Shown: piece by piece, positions 37,999 through 47,584 of the stretch
Layout of the letters: every line of letters starts with the position of its first letter
How positions within the stretch are numbered: the first letter of the stretch is position 1
Sequence record: MN022785.1
Reading direction: 5' to 3' (one strand)
Length of the DNA: 64,000 nucleotides
From: Escherichia phage VEc20
Program-made: the position numbers and the translations under genes
The notes under the pieces: generated by a model
What the model saw: only the letters and a program-made list of their open reading frames with translations
What the model was told of the DNA's origin: nothing
The model's database searches: none

Positions 37999-38016
37999 TT
38001 TTAAAGGTTAACACAA

Positions 38017-39582
38017 ATGACTATCAAAACTAAAGCTGAACTTTTGAACAAATGGAAGCCATTACTGGAAGGTGAAGGTTTACCGGAAATTGCTAATAGC
38101 AAACAAGCGATTATCGCTAAAATCTTTGAAAACCAGGAAAAAGATTTCCAGACAGCTCCGGAATATAAAGACGAAAAAATTGCTCAGGCATTTGGTTCTT
38201 TCTTAACAGAAGCTGAAATCGGTGGTGACCACGGTTACAATGCTACCAACATCGCTGCAGGTCAGACTTCTGGCGCAGTAACTCAGATTGGCCCAGCTGT
38301 TATGGGTATGGTACGTCGTGCTATTCCTAACCTGATTGCTTTCGATATTTGTGGTGTTCAGCCGATGAACAGCCCAACCGGTCAGGTATTCGCACTCCGC
38401 GCGGTATATGGTAAAGACCCAATCGCTGCCGATGCTAAAGAAGCATTCCACCCAATGTATGGTCCAGATGCAATGTTCTCTGGTCAGGGTGCTGCTAAGA
38501 AATTCCCAGCTCTGGCTGCTAGCACACAAACCACAGTAGGTGATATCTATACTCACTTCTTCCAGGACACTGGTACTGTGTATCTGCAAGCTTCTGCTCA
38601 AGTAACAATCGATGCTGGTGCGACTGATGCTGCTAAATTAGATGCTGAAATTAAGAAACAAATGGAAGCTGGTGCACTGGTAGAAATCGCTGAAGGTATG
38701 GCTACTTCTATCGCTGAACTTCAGGAAGGTTTCAATGGTTCTACCGATAACCCATGGAATGAAATGGGCTTCCGTATCGATAAGCAAGTTATCGAAGCTA
38801 AATCTCGTCAGCTGAAAGCTGCTTACTCTATTGAATTAGCACAAGACCTCCGCGCTGTTCACGGTATGGATGCTGATGCTGAACTGTCTGGTATTCTGGC
38901 TACCGAAATCATGCTGGAAATCAACCGTGAAGTTGTTGATTGGATTAACTACTCCGCACAGGTTGGTAAATCTGGTATGACCCTGACTCCGGGTTCTAAA
39001 GCTGGTGTATTTGACTTCCAGGACCCAATCGATATTCGTGGTGCTCGCTGGGCAGGTGAATCCTTTAAAGCTCTGTTGTTCCAGATTGACAAAGAAGCAG
39101 TTGAAATTGCTCGTCAAACCGGTCGCGGCGAAGGTAACTTCATTATCGCTTCTCGTAACGTAGTTAACGTACTGGCTTCTGTTGATACTGGCATTTCTTA
39201 TGCTGCTCAAGGTTTGGCAACCGGTTTTAATACTGATACTACTAAGTCAGTATTTGCAGGTGTTCTGGGTGGTAAATACCGTGTATATATCGACCAGTAT
39301 GCTAAACAGGATTATTTCACTGTAGGTTATAAAGGTCCGAACGAAATGGATGCTGGTATTTACTATGCTCCATATGTAGCTCTGACTCCGCTGCGTGGTT
39401 CCGATCCGAAGAACTTCCAACCGGTAATGGGATTCAAAACTCGTTACGGTATCGGTATCAACCCATTTGCAGAATCCGCTGTTCAGGCTCCGGCTTCTCG
39501 CATCCAGAGCGGTATGCCTTCTATTCTGAATAGCCTTGGTAAAAACGCTTACTTCCGCCGTGTATATGTTAAAGGTATCTAA
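38017..39582 (+). CDS. 23: major capsid protein
   Basis: 521 aa; sequence recognisably T4 gp23 (MTIKTKAELLNKWKPLLEGEG...). Confidence 0.97.
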   Translation: MTIKTKAELLNKWKPLLEGEGLPEIANSKQAIIAKIFENQEKDFQTAPEYKDEKIAQAFGSFLTEAEIGGDHGYNATNIAAGQTSGAVTQIGPAVMGMVRRAIPNLIAFDICGVQPMNSPTGQVFALRAVYGKDPIAADAKEAFHPMYGPDAMFSGQGAAKKFPALAASTQTTVGDIYTHFFQDTGTVYLQASAQVTIDAGATDAAKLDAEIKKQMEAGALVEIAEGMATSIAELQEGFNGSTDNPWNEMGFRIDKQVIEAKSRQLKAAYSIELAQDLRAVHGMDADAELSGILATEIMLEINREVVDWINYSAQVGKSGMTLTPGSKAGVFDFQDPIDIRGARWAGESFKALLFQIDKEAVEIARQTGRGEGNFIIASRNVVNVLASVDTGISYAAQGLATGFNTDTTKSVFAGVLGGKYRVYIDQYAKQDYFTVGYKGPNEMDAGIYYAPYVALTPLRGSDPKNFQPVMGFKTRYGIGINPFAESAVQAPASRIQSGMPSILNSLGKNAYFRRVYVKGI

Positions 39583-39597
39583 TCTTTGACGATTTAA

Positions 39598-39626
39598 GGG
39601 ACCTTCGGGTCCCTTTAGTTGTTTTT
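39598..39626 (+). terminator. rho-independent terminator after gene 23
   Basis: hairpin GGGACCTTCGGGTCCC followed by TTTAGTTGTTTTT. Confidence 0.65.
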
Positions 39627-39630
39627 ATGG

Positions 39631-39638
39631 TATAAATA
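39631..39638 (+). promoter_or_regulatory. T4 late promoter TATAAATA (gene 24)
   Basis: exact TATAAATA 28 nt upstream of gp24 ATG. Confidence 0.65.
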
Positions 39639-39665
39639 AATCATATAAACCAAAAGGAAAGCGCA

Positions 39666-40949
39666 ATGGCTAAAATCAACGAACTTCTGCGCGAATCAAC
39701 CACAACGAATAGCAACTCAATCGGTCGCCCAAATCTCGTTGCTTTGACTCGCGCTACCACTAAATTAATATATTCTGACATTGTAGCAACGCAAAGAACT
39801 AATCAACCTGTTGCTGCTTTTTATGGTATCAAATACCTTAACCCAGACAATGAATTTACATTTAAAACTGGTGCTACTTACGCTGGCGAAGCTGGATATG
39901 TAGACCGAGAACAAATCACAGAATTAACAGAAGAGTCTAAATTAACTCTCAATAAAGGCGATTTATTCAAATATAATAATATCGTTTATAAAGTATTAGA
40001 AGATACTCCATTTGCTGATATTGAAGAAAGCGACTTAGAGTTAGCTCTTCAGATTGCAATTGTTCTTTTAAAGGTTCGTCTATTTTCTGACGCAGCGTCA
40101 ACAAGCAAATTTGAAAGCTCTGATAGTGAAATTGCGGATGCTAGATTCCAGATTAATAAATGGCAAACCGCAGTTAAATCTCGTAAACTTAAAACTGGCA
40201 TCACAGTTGAATTAGCGCAAGATTTAGAAGCAAATGGATTCGATGCTCCTAATTTCTTGGAAGATTTGCTTGCAACTGAAATGGCGGATGAAATAAATAA
40301 AGATATTTTACAGTCTTTGATTACAGTGTCAAAACGCTATAAAGTTACAGGAATTACTGATAATGGATTCATCGATTTGAGTTATGCATCTGCACCTGAA
40401 GCTGGTCGTTCATTATATCGAATGGTATGTGAAATGGTTTCACATATCCAAAAAGAATCAACTTATACAGCAACATTTTGTGTAGCTTCAGCTCGTGCTG
40501 CTGCGATTCTTGCTGCATCAGGTTGGTTAAAACATAAACCGGAAGATGATAAATATCTTTCACAAAATGCCTACGGGTTCTTAGCTAATGGTTTACCGCT
40601 TTATTGCGATACTAACAGCCCATTAGATTATGTAATCGTTGGTGTAGTAGAAAATATCGGTGAAAAAGAAATTGTTGGTTCAATTTTCTATGCTCCGTAT
40701 ACAGAAGGTCTTGACTTAGATGACCCTGAACATGTAGGTGCATTTAAAGTTGTTGTTGATCCAGAAAGCTTACAACCGTCTATCGGTTTATTAGTTAGAT
40801 ATGCTTTATCAGCAAATCCTTATACCGTAGCAAAAGATGAAAAAGAAGCAAGAATAATTGATGGTGGAGACATGGATAAAATGGCGGGTCGTTCAGATTT
40901 GTCTGTTTTATTAGGTGTTAAATTACCAAAAATTATTATTGATGAATAA
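39666..40949 (+). CDS. 24: capsid vertex protein
   Basis: 427 aa as T4 gp24; gp23 paralog. Confidence 0.95.
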   Translation: MAKINELLRESTTTNSNSIGRPNLVALTRATTKLIYSDIVATQRTNQPVAAFYGIKYLNPDNEFTFKTGATYAGEAGYVDREQITELTEESKLTLNKGDLFKYNNIVYKVLEDTPFADIEESDLELALQIAIVLLKVRLFSDAASTSKFESSDSEIADARFQINKWQTAVKSRKLKTGITVELAQDLEANGFDAPNFLEDLLATEMADEINKDILQSLITVSKRYKVTGITDNGFIDLSYASAPEAGRSLYRMVCEMVSHIQKESTYTATFCVASARAAAILAASGWLKHKPEDDKYLSQNAYGFLANGLPLYCDTNSPLDYVIVGVVENIGEKEIVGSIFYAPYTEGLDLDDPEHVGAFKVVVDPESLQPSIGLLVRYALSANPYTVAKDEKEARIIDGGDMDKMAGRSDLSVLLGVKLPKIIIDE

Positions 40950-40955
40950 AACAAA

Positions 40956-40980
40956 GGGACCGAAAGGTCCCTTTTTATTT
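40956..40980 (+). terminator. rho-independent terminator between genes 24 (+) and rnlB (-)
   Basis: hairpin GGGACCGAAAGGTCCC followed by TTTTTATTT. Confidence 0.65.
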
Positions 40981-41986
40981 AGCTCACCAACTCAATCCAA
41001 GCTGGACGAAGTACATCTTGTACCATTTTAACTAATTCCTTTTTAATCAAAGAAGGATTATCTGCTTGAGTTAGAGTAATACCTTCACGAGAAGTTTCTT
41101 CCAAAATATCTTGAACAGTTAGCCCCATCACCTTTCCAAAATCCTTTGGACCAATTTCGCCAATTTTAGAAATAACGTTATTTACGCGGTTTAGTGTAAC
41201 GTAACAAGCTAAAATTCCAACCAATTTGTTATCAGCTTCTGATAGTTCAACTTTAGCTTTAATAGGCTTATCAGACTTTTTCTTTTCACTAAATTTAGAG
41301 TTCTTGCATTTAATCGCTACACGAGCACCGTTTGGCAGCCATTTAGGGAAACAAGGCTTCAGAACATAACCTTCTGCAGTATTATCACCAATAACATTAG
41401 CATCAAATACACAATTATTTGCTTCGACAAGGTCTTCCGATGCCGTAACGTTATAAGCGGCTAAGACGGAATCAAGGTCGTTTGGAATCATGATAAGAGC
41501 ATCAAATGTTCCACGTCCAAGCATTGGTGCCATTTTAAAACCAAACGTATTACAGAAATCTTGCATTTCGTAATCACTCATGTAATAAGTATCACCGCTT
41601 TCCGTGTTTATGATGATATCGAATACATAGAAATCTTTTTCACCGTAGTCAACACCTTTCTGAATTCCACCACCAGCGAATTCACCAAAGACTTGATATG
41701 TCACCGGCATTGAAGTTGAAATACTGTCCATGACTTCTTGAACGCCTTTAATAGCTTTATCATACTTTTTGAGTACTATTTCATAGCCATAAAAATCTTC
41801 TGCTGGAAGAATAGGGCCAGTACGTTTAGCGCAAGTTACTTTATCACGCTCAATAATCAATGAGAAATTTGTACCATGAATCTTTTCACGAGCTACCCAC
41901 TCCCCACCAGTCAATCCCAAGCTATAAAGTTTTTCAATGAATTTAGAATTGTAATGATTTTCAAGACTGCTATATTTTTTAAACAT
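40979..41986 (-). CDS. rnlB: RNA ligase 2
   Basis: 335 aa; nucleotidyltransferase lysine motif [10 protein letters not shown]; position after gene 24 as in T4. Confidence 0.9.
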   Translation of the reverse strand: MFKKYSSLENHYNSKFIEKLYSLGLTGGEWVAREKIHGTNFSLIIERDKVTCAKRTGPILPAEDFYGYEIVLKKYDKAIKGVQEVMDSISTSMPVTYQVFGEFAGGGIQKGVDYGEKDFYVFDIIINTESGDTYYMSDYEMQDFCNTFGFKMAPMLGRGTFDALIMIPNDLDSVLAAYNVTASEDLVEANNCVFDANVIGDNTAEGYVLKPCFPKWLPNGARVAIKCKNSKFSEKKKSDKPIKAKVELSEADNKLVGILACYVTLNRVNNVISKIGEIGPKDFGKVMGLTVQDILEETSREGITLTQADNPSLIKKELVKMVQDVLRPAWIELVS

Positions 41987-41995
41987 AATTAATCC

Positions 41996-42274
41996 TCAAA
42001 ATGTAATTTCTAACCAATCACCATCACGCTGATCACTATTGACTTTAAAGCTGAATCCTTCTTTTCTCAGCCAATCACCAATTTCTTCAGTAATCAATTT
42101 ATCACGAGCAATACAATAATAATTAAAATGTGTTTTACCTTGTTCAGCTGCTTTATTAGCAAGTTCCGAAAAATCTTTAATAAAACATTCTAGCTTAAAC
42201 TGTTTACTTTTGAATGCTTTTTCGCGTAATTGATTAGCAAAAGATTCATTTTCATAAAGATCATACTGTTCCAT
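41996..42274 (-). CDS. hypothetical protein (T4 24.2 position)
   Basis: 92 aa; overlaps upstream ORF by 14 nt. Confidence 0.6.
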   Translation of the reverse strand: MEQYDLYENESFANQLREKAFKSKQFKLECFIKDFSELANKAAEQGKTHFNYYCIARDKLITEEIGDWLRKEGFSFKVNSDQRDGDWLEITF

Positions 42275-42476
42275 TTTTCACCTTTTTATTGATATGTCTT
42301 TTTCTATAGACAACTTTTTCTCGAGTTTCAAATTTATTCTTAGCAGTCATAGCTCGAGCCCATAATACAGCCACTTCTTTTGCCTGTAAGTTTAATTCAC
42401 GAGCAATTTCAATGAATGACTTTCCAGACTCATGAAGAGTAAACACCACAACCTCAGTTCTCATAATCAATCTCAT
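42261..42476 (-). CDS. small helix-turn-helix protein (T4 24.3 position)
   Basis: 71 aa; HTH-like segment GKSFIEIARELNLQAKEV. Confidence 0.6.
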   Translation of the reverse strand: MRLIMRTEVVVFTLHESGKSFIEIARELNLQAKEVAVLWARAMTAKNKFETREKVVYRKRHINKKVKNGTV

Positions 42477-42540
42477 GTTATCGAGTTGGTGCCATTATAT
42501 ACATCATTTTCTGATTGTGTTTTGTGTGCTTTCAAAATGA

Positions 42541-42560
42541 AGAAAGGGGCCGAAGCCCCT
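42541..42560 (-). terminator. rho-independent terminator after hoc
   Basis: minus-strand hairpin GGGGC-TTCG-GCCCC followed by TTTCTTCATTTTG. Confidence 0.55.
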
Positions 42561-42565
42561 TATGA

Positions 42566-43984
42566 TTATGGATAGGTATAGATGATACCAGTTTCTAAAG
42601 CAGTTTTATGAATGATATATCCATTACGCGATTCTTGGACATCAACTTCTGGATAGTCTTTCATCATCTTCTGAAGAGTGTAACGATGCAGGTAGTATTT
42701 ACTATCTGGATCTTCAGTTTTCCAATCTTTACCTTCTTCAGTCATTTTTTGAATTTCATCCATAACCCACCAACCGCACCAGATGTAAGCTGAGCTACGG
42801 TGTGGAAGAGGATGAACATAAGGTAATTCACCTTCTGGTTCTGGAGCAACTTTATCAGTTACCTGAACTTGACCTTCTGCCGTAATAGTTTTGCTATCAT
42901 AATCAGCAGCAGTAACAGTTGCAGTAACTTCAATAGTTTGACTTCCAATAGATGAGGTATCAACAGTATATACGTTAGTTGACCCTTCCACAGGAGAAGA
43001 ATCTTTCTTCCATGAGTAAGTAATTTGTGCTGCTTCAGGTGCGCCATTAACATTAGCAGTAAATGTAGCCGAAGCATCTTGCTGAACATTAATAGAAGGA
43101 GGAGTCAATGTAACCTGTGGATTCATTGTCTTCTTATTAACTGTCAATGATACTTCATTGGAAGTAACTTCCTTTTCATTATAATTTTCTGCAGTTACTT
43201 GGGCTACGCATTTAATTCTTTTTACTCCACTTGTAGTTGGAGTATAGTTAAATGTAGAGTTAGTTTCTCCACCAACTTGTGAATCATCTACATACCACTG
43301 ATACGTAGCAGACGCTCCGTCAGGTTGAGAAGCTAATGCAGCAGTAAATTGAACCGGGGTTCCAATTACTCCAGCAGCAGGACTAGCAGGAGTTACTGCC
43401 AAGGTAGTTGTCTGTGTCTTTTTATTAACTGTCAATGATACTTCATTGGAAGTAACGCTCAGTGCATCATAATCTGTCGCAGTTACTTGAGCTACACACT
43501 TAATTTTTTTAACTCCGCTTGTAGTAGGAGTATAATTGAATGTAGCAGAAGTTGCTTCGCTCACAGGAGAACCGTCAACGTACCATTGATACGTAGCAGA
43601 TGCGCCCGATGGCTGTGAAGCTAAGGCAGCAGTAAATTCAACGGCTGTTCCGATTACTCCTTCTGGAGGACTATTAGGAGTTACAGCTAAGGTAGTTGTT
43701 TGTGTCTTATTTTGAACTGTGATAGTTGTACTAATTTCAGCTGTTTCAGCTTCAGAATCAGGAATAGTATTTGTTGCAACTACCTTAATAGTCTTTTGAC
43801 CAGCAGGTCCTTTTAATACATAATCAAAAGTTGCTGCTGATCCTTCTTGGGGAGCATTATCTACGCTCCAAGCATAGGTAATAGTTCCACCTCCAGTTTC
43901 ACCACTGGGTGTAGCAGTAAACTGCTTGGTTTCATCAATAACCCCTGTCGGTGTTTTAGGAGTTATATCAACTGTAAAAGTCAT
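42566..43984 (-). CDS. hoc: Hoc outer capsid decoration protein with four Ig-like domains
   Basis: 472 aa; Ig-like repeats incl. two near-identical 96-aa copies; C-terminal capsid-binding-like region; position before inh. Confidence 0.85.
   Translation of the reverse strand: MTFTVDITPKTPTGVIDETKQFTATPSGETGGGTITYAWSVDNAPQEGSAATFDYVLKGPAGQKTIKVVATNTIPDSEAETAEISTTITVQNKTQTTTLAVTPNSPPEGVIGTAVEFTAALASQPSGASATYQWYVDGSPVSEATSATFNYTPTTSGVKKIKCVAQVTATDYDALSVTSNEVSLTVNKKTQTTTLAVTPASPAAGVIGTPVQFTAALASQPDGASATYQWYVDDSQVGGETNSTFNYTPTTSGVKRIKCVAQVTAENYNEKEVTSNEVSLTVNKKTMNPQVTLTPPSINVQQDASATFTANVNGAPEAAQITYSWKKDSSPVEGSTNVYTVDTSSIGSQTIEVTATVTAADYDSKTITAEGQVQVTDKVAPEPEGELPYVHPLPHRSSAYIWCGWWVMDEIQKMTEEGKDWKTEDPDSKYYLHRYTLQKMMKDYPEVDVQESRNGYIIHKTALETGIIYTYP
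43133..43708 (-). repeat. tandem direct duplication (2 x 288 bp) inside hoc encoding two near-identical Ig-like domains
   Basis: plus-strand ttattaactgtcaatgatacttcattggaagtaac recurs with 288-bp offset; protein residues 93-188 and 189-284 align with few changes. Confidence 0.85.
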
Positions 43985-43993
43985 AAGTTATCC

Positions 43994-44674
43994 TTATTTT
44001 AATGTTACGAAAGAAGAATTACGTGTTTCACGAATTAGAACTGATCCGTCACGATTAATGTAGTAAATTAAGCTAAATAAAGTTTGGTGTGCCGACGCAT
44101 GTTCAAAACTAGTTGGATGAGATTTCCAATCAGGAGTTTCAGCGATCCATTGATAAATCCACCAAGGAACCGTACAGAATCCTGGATTTTTCCCCAATAA
44201 TTGAAGATTCGGGCTAAAGTTTTCCGGAAGAGTAAATACAGACGGCTTTTCAGATTCAATAATCTCAGCTACAGCTTGTTCGAATTTTTCTTCAACAAAA
44301 GGAGTATCTTCAATCAAAACATCAGTATTTTCAGGAATTTTATCCGTTTCTACCACTTCAATTTTAATATCAGATTTAACTGGAGAATCAATCAGAAGTG
44401 CTGCTTCTGGATTAACTTCTTCATCGTCATATTTTAACCCCTCTGCAGCATCAGCAGCATCAATTAAGTCTTTAATAGATAACCCATCAGTCTCTGGCAT
44501 AGGTTCACTAGCGAGCTTCTGGAGGGCTTCTTCAATATCAGCAACGATATTATCAAAAGATTTATTCTTTTTGACCTTTATACCAAACTGTTCAGCATAT
44601 TCAGCTAATTTAGCTTTAGCTTCTTTATTATCATCAAGAGCCTTCAGCTCTGCAATATAATCTTTATCTATCAT
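43994..44674 (-). CDS. inh: inhibitor of prohead protease
   Basis: 226 aa as T4 Inh; gene order. Confidence 0.85.
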   Translation of the reverse strand: MIDKDYIAELKALDDNKEAKAKLAEYAEQFGIKVKKNKSFDNIVADIEEALQKLASEPMPETDGLSIKDLIDAADAAEGLKYDDEEVNPEAALLIDSPVKSDIKIEVVETDKIPENTDVLIEDTPFVEEKFEQAVAEIIESEKPSVFTLPENFSPNLQLLGKNPGFCTVPWWIYQWIAETPDWKSHPTSFEHASAHQTLFSLIYYINRDGSVLIRETRNSSFVTLK

Positions 44675-44687
44675 AATATTTCCTCAG

Positions 44688-44695
44688 TATAAATA
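44688..44695 (+). promoter_or_regulatory. T4 late promoter-like TATAAATA upstream of segE
   Basis: exact TATAAATA 28 nt upstream of segE ATG. Confidence 0.45.
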
Positions 44696-44723
44696 TAGAT
44701 ATATTTATTACTCGGAAAATAGT

Positions 44724-45341
44724 ATGTACCACTTTGTATATGAAACAACAAATCTAATAAATGGTAAAAAGTATATAGGAAAACACTCTACTGATGACTT
44801 GAATGATGGTTACCTTGGTTCCGGTAAGGCAATTCAGCAGGCTATAAAGAAATATGGTGAAAACAATTTCTCTAGAACAATACTAAAAGAGTTTAAAACT
44901 TCCGAAGAAGCGTACATGTATGAAGAAGAAATTATAACTCCTGAACTAATAAAAAGCAAAAATTATTATAATATGAAACCTGGTGGAATTGGTGGAATTG
45001 TTATGACTACAGAGGTTATAGCAAAGATGAAAGAATCTTCCGCTAAAAGATTTGAAAACTCACCAGGCACGGTATTAGGTAAAACTTGTTACACCAATGG
45101 AACTAAAAATATTTTTATTAAACCTGGAGAACTTGTTCCAGAAGGATTTGTAAAAGGGATGGTTCATCCTAATAGAAAGTCCAGAAAAGGATGTAAAGTC
45201 AAACCGACTACCACAGGAACTTTTTGGGTCAATAATGGCGCAATAAATAAATTAATACAACCAGACGGTATTATTCCCGACGGATTTATTAAAGGTCGTC
45301 TCATGAAAAGAGATTCTAAAGGCAAATTTAGTAAGGCATAA
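44724..45341 (+). CDS. segE: GIY-YIG homing endonuclease
   Basis: 205 aa; GIY-YIG-type N-terminus (YIGKHS ... GYLGSG); position between inh and uvsW as T4 segE. Confidence 0.85.
   Translation: MYHFVYETTNLINGKKYIGKHSTDDLNDGYLGSGKAIQQAIKKYGENNFSRTILKEFKTSEEAYMYEEEIITPELIKSKNYYNMKPGGIGGIVMTTEVIAKMKESSAKRFENSPGTVLGKTCYTNGTKNIFIKPGELVPEGFVKGMVHPNRKSRKGCKVKPTTTGTFWVNNGAINKLIQPDGIIPDGFIKGRLMKRDSKGKFSKA
44724..45341 (+). mobile_element. segE: free-standing GIY-YIG homing endonuclease gene
   Basis: see CDS. Confidence 0.6.
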
Positions 45342-45343
45342 TT

Positions 45344-46852
45344 ATGGATATTAAAGTACATTTTCACGACTTCAGTCATGTACGCATCGATTGTGAAGAG
45401 AGCACGTTCCACGAATTAAGAGATTTCTTTTCGTTTGAGGCCGATGGATATAGATTTAACCCTCGCTTCAGATATGGCAACTGGGATGGGCGAATCCGTC
45501 TTTTAGATTATAATCGTCTTCTTCCATTCGGCTTAGTCGGGCAAATTAAAAAGTTCTGCGATAACTTTGGCTATAAAGCCTGGATTGACCCACAGATTAA
45601 CGAAAAAGAAGAATTATCAAGAAAAGATTTTGATGAATGGCTTTCTAAATTAGAAATCTATTCAGGAAATAAAAGAATTGAACCGCATTGGTATCAAAAA
45701 GATGCAGTGTTCGAAGGATTAGTTAATCGTCGTAGAATTCTTAATCTTCCAACATCCGCTGGTAAATCGTTAATTCAAGCTTTGCTTGCGCGATATTATT
45801 TGGAAAATTATGAAGGTAAAATTCTTATCATTGTTCCAACAACTGCTCTAACAACTCAGATGGCTGATGACTTCGTTGACTATCGTTTATTCAGTCATGC
45901 AATGATAAAGAAAATTGGTGGCGGAGCATCAAAAGATGATAAATATAAAAATGATGCACCAGTCGTTGTTGGTACATGGCAAACTGTAGTAAAACAACCG
46001 AAAGAATGGTTCTCACAGTTTGGAATGATGATGAATGATGAATGCCATCTTGCTACAGGAAAAAGTATTTCATCTATCATATCAGGTTTAAATAACTGCA
46101 TGTTCAAATTTGGTCTATCTGGTTCATTACGTGATGGCAAAGCCAATATCATGCAGTATGTTGGAATGTTTGGTGAAATATTTAAGCCAGTAACGACTTC
46201 TAAGTTAATGGAAGATGGACAAGTAACTGAGCTAAAAATTAATAGTATTTTTCTTCGCTATCCCGATGAGTTCACTACTAAATTAAAGGGAAAAACTTAT
46301 CAAGAAGAAATAAAAATTATTACGGGGCTTAGTAAAAGAAATAAATGGATCGCTAAATTGGCTATTAAGCTTGCACAAAAAGATGAAAACGCTTTTGTCA
46401 TGTTTAAACATGTATCACATGGTAAAGCTATTTTCGATTTAATTAAAAATGAATACGATAAAGTTTATTACGTATCAGGGGAAGTTGATACCGAAACCCG
46501 CAATATAATGAAAACCTTAGCTGAAAATGGTAAAGGAATAATTATAGTAGCTAGTTATGGTGTATTTTCTACTGGTATTTCAGTTAAAAATCTGCATCAC
46601 GTTGTTTTAGCGCACGGTGTTAAATCAAAAATCATTGTATTACAAACAATCGGTCGTGTATTACGTAAGCATGGTTCTAAAACAATCGCAACAGTCTGGG
46701 ACCTCATAGATGACTGTGGTGTCAAGCCAAAATCTGCTAATACTAAAAAGAAATATGTTCACTTGAACTATCTTTTAAAACACGGCATTGATCGTATTCA
46801 GCGCTACGCAGATGAAAAATTTAATTACGTAATGAAAACAGTTAATTTATAA
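45344..46852 (+). CDS. uvsW: UvsW SF2 DNA/RNA helicase
   Basis: 502 aa; Walker A PTSAGKS; helicase motifs. Confidence 0.9.
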   Translation: MDIKVHFHDFSHVRIDCEESTFHELRDFFSFEADGYRFNPRFRYGNWDGRIRLLDYNRLLPFGLVGQIKKFCDNFGYKAWIDPQINEKEELSRKDFDEWLSKLEIYSGNKRIEPHWYQKDAVFEGLVNRRRILNLPTSAGKSLIQALLARYYLENYEGKILIIVPTTALTTQMADDFVDYRLFSHAMIKKIGGGASKDDKYKNDAPVVVGTWQTVVKQPKEWFSQFGMMMNDECHLATGKSISSIISGLNNCMFKFGLSGSLRDGKANIMQYVGMFGEIFKPVTTSKLMEDGQVTELKINSIFLRYPDEFTTKLKGKTYQEEIKIITGLSKRNKWIAKLAIKLAQKDENAFVMFKHVSHGKAIFDLIKNEYDKVYYVSGEVDTETRNIMKTLAENGKGIIIVASYGVFSTGISVKNLHHVVLAHGVKSKIIVLQTIGRVLRKHGSKTIATVWDLIDDCGVKPKSANTKKKYVHLNYLLKHGIDRIQRYADEKFNYVMKTVNL

Positions 46853-46864
46853 GGGCTTCGGCCC
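46853..46864 (+). terminator. hairpin GGGC-UUCG-GCCC after uvsW (weak terminator or processing element)
   Basis: inverted repeat directly after stop codon. Confidence 0.3.
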
Positions 46865-46877
46865 TTTGGAGAAAAAG

Positions 46878-47108
46878 ATGTTACTAGAATTTAAACAATT
46901 TCTTTATGAAGCTTCTATTGATGAATTTATGGGTAAAATTGCCTCTTGTCAAACATTAGAAGGTTTAGAAGAACTTGAAGCTTATTATAAGAAAAGAGTT
47001 AAAGAAACTGAATTAAAAGATACTGATGACATCTCAGTCAGAGATGCTTTGGCAGGAAAAAGAGCTGAATTAGAAGATTCAGACGATGAAGTAGAAGAAA
47101 GCTTTTAA
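46878..47108 (+). CDS. uvsW.1: UvsW.1 small protein
   Basis: 76 aa from ATG with GGAGAAAAAG RBS (ORF track TTG start 46866 rejected). Confidence 0.7.
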   Translation: MLLEFKQFLYEASIDEFMGKIASCQTLEGLEELEAYYKKRVKETELKDTDDISVRDALAGKRAELEDSDDEVEESF

Positions 47109-47109
47109 A

Positions 47110-47140
47110 TTAAAAAAGGCCCAACCAAAAAGGAAGGGCC
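47110..47140 (-). terminator. rho-independent terminator (minus strand) after small ORF; hairpin shared with uvsW.1 on plus
   Basis: hairpin GGCCC...GGGCC followed on minus strand by TTTTTTTAATTT. Confidence 0.55.
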
Positions 47141-47163
47141 AAAACTATAGACTAAAGGTCACA

Positions 47164-47331
47164 CTATAGCAAAAGTTGCGTTTCATTTAATTGTTCTTCC
47201 GAACTTTCTGAAACTGGTAGTTCTTTAATGTAATTATAGCAAGGCCCAGGATGTACAGGACCTTTGTCTGTTTCAACAACCAATGCAGAATCGATTGGAG
47301 TTTTACAGACAACACAAATCTTATCTGACAT
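47164..47331 (-). CDS. small Cys-containing protein (55 aa; CxxC plus one Cys), not in ORF track
   Basis: ATG with GAGGAG RBS 26 nt downstream of a TATAAATA late promoter; hand translation MSDKICVVCKTPIDS... Confidence 0.5.
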   Translation of the reverse strand: MSDKICVVCKTPIDSALVVETDKGPVHPGPCYNYIKELPVSESSEEQLNETQLLL

Positions 47332-47356
47332 GATTGTCTCCTCTGAATTATATATC

Positions 47357-47364
47357 TATTTATA
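47357..47364 (-). promoter_or_regulatory. T4 late promoter TATAAATA (small ORF 47164..47331)
   Basis: plus-strand tatttata overlapping the stop of uvsY.-2. Confidence 0.55.
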
Positions 47365-47584
47365 CAACTCTCATATGCATATCAATGCCCATATCTTTAG
47401 AATAAAAATATTCATCAAGATATCCGGCAAATTTTCCTTTAATATAAAGAACATCTTCACCGCACGGGTGGTCAGCCAGGATACGAATATCCTGACGCTT
47501 GAGATTATACTTTTTCATTAAGAATTGAATTTCCGTTTCAAATTCTTCTTCATAATTAAAAGCATCATCAATGCTATATCTCAT
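47360..47584 (-). CDS. hypothetical protein (uvsY.-2 position)
   Basis: 74 aa; coupled to uvsY stop. Confidence 0.65.
   Translation of the reverse strand: MRYSIDDAFNYEEEFETEIQFLMKKYNLKRQDIRILADHPCGEDVLYIKGKFAGYLDEYFYSKDMGIDMHMRVV

Noticed and set aside
37350-39210. Minus-strand ORFs inside genes 22 and 23 (37350..37694, 38203..38601, 38836..39210)
   Set aside because: Antisense to highly conserved, highly expressed capsid genes; no ribosome-binding sites or promoters; typical shadow ORFs.
38017-40949. Expected segD homing endonuclease between genes 23 and 24
   Set aside because: Only an 83-bp intergenic region with a terminator and late promoter is present; segD is absent, one reason the window is called T4-like rather than T4.
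43133-43708. Possible CRISPR-like or diversity-generating repeat in hoc
   Set aside because: The repeat is an in-frame 288-bp tandem domain duplication with no spacers, no template repeat and no reverse transcriptase nearby.
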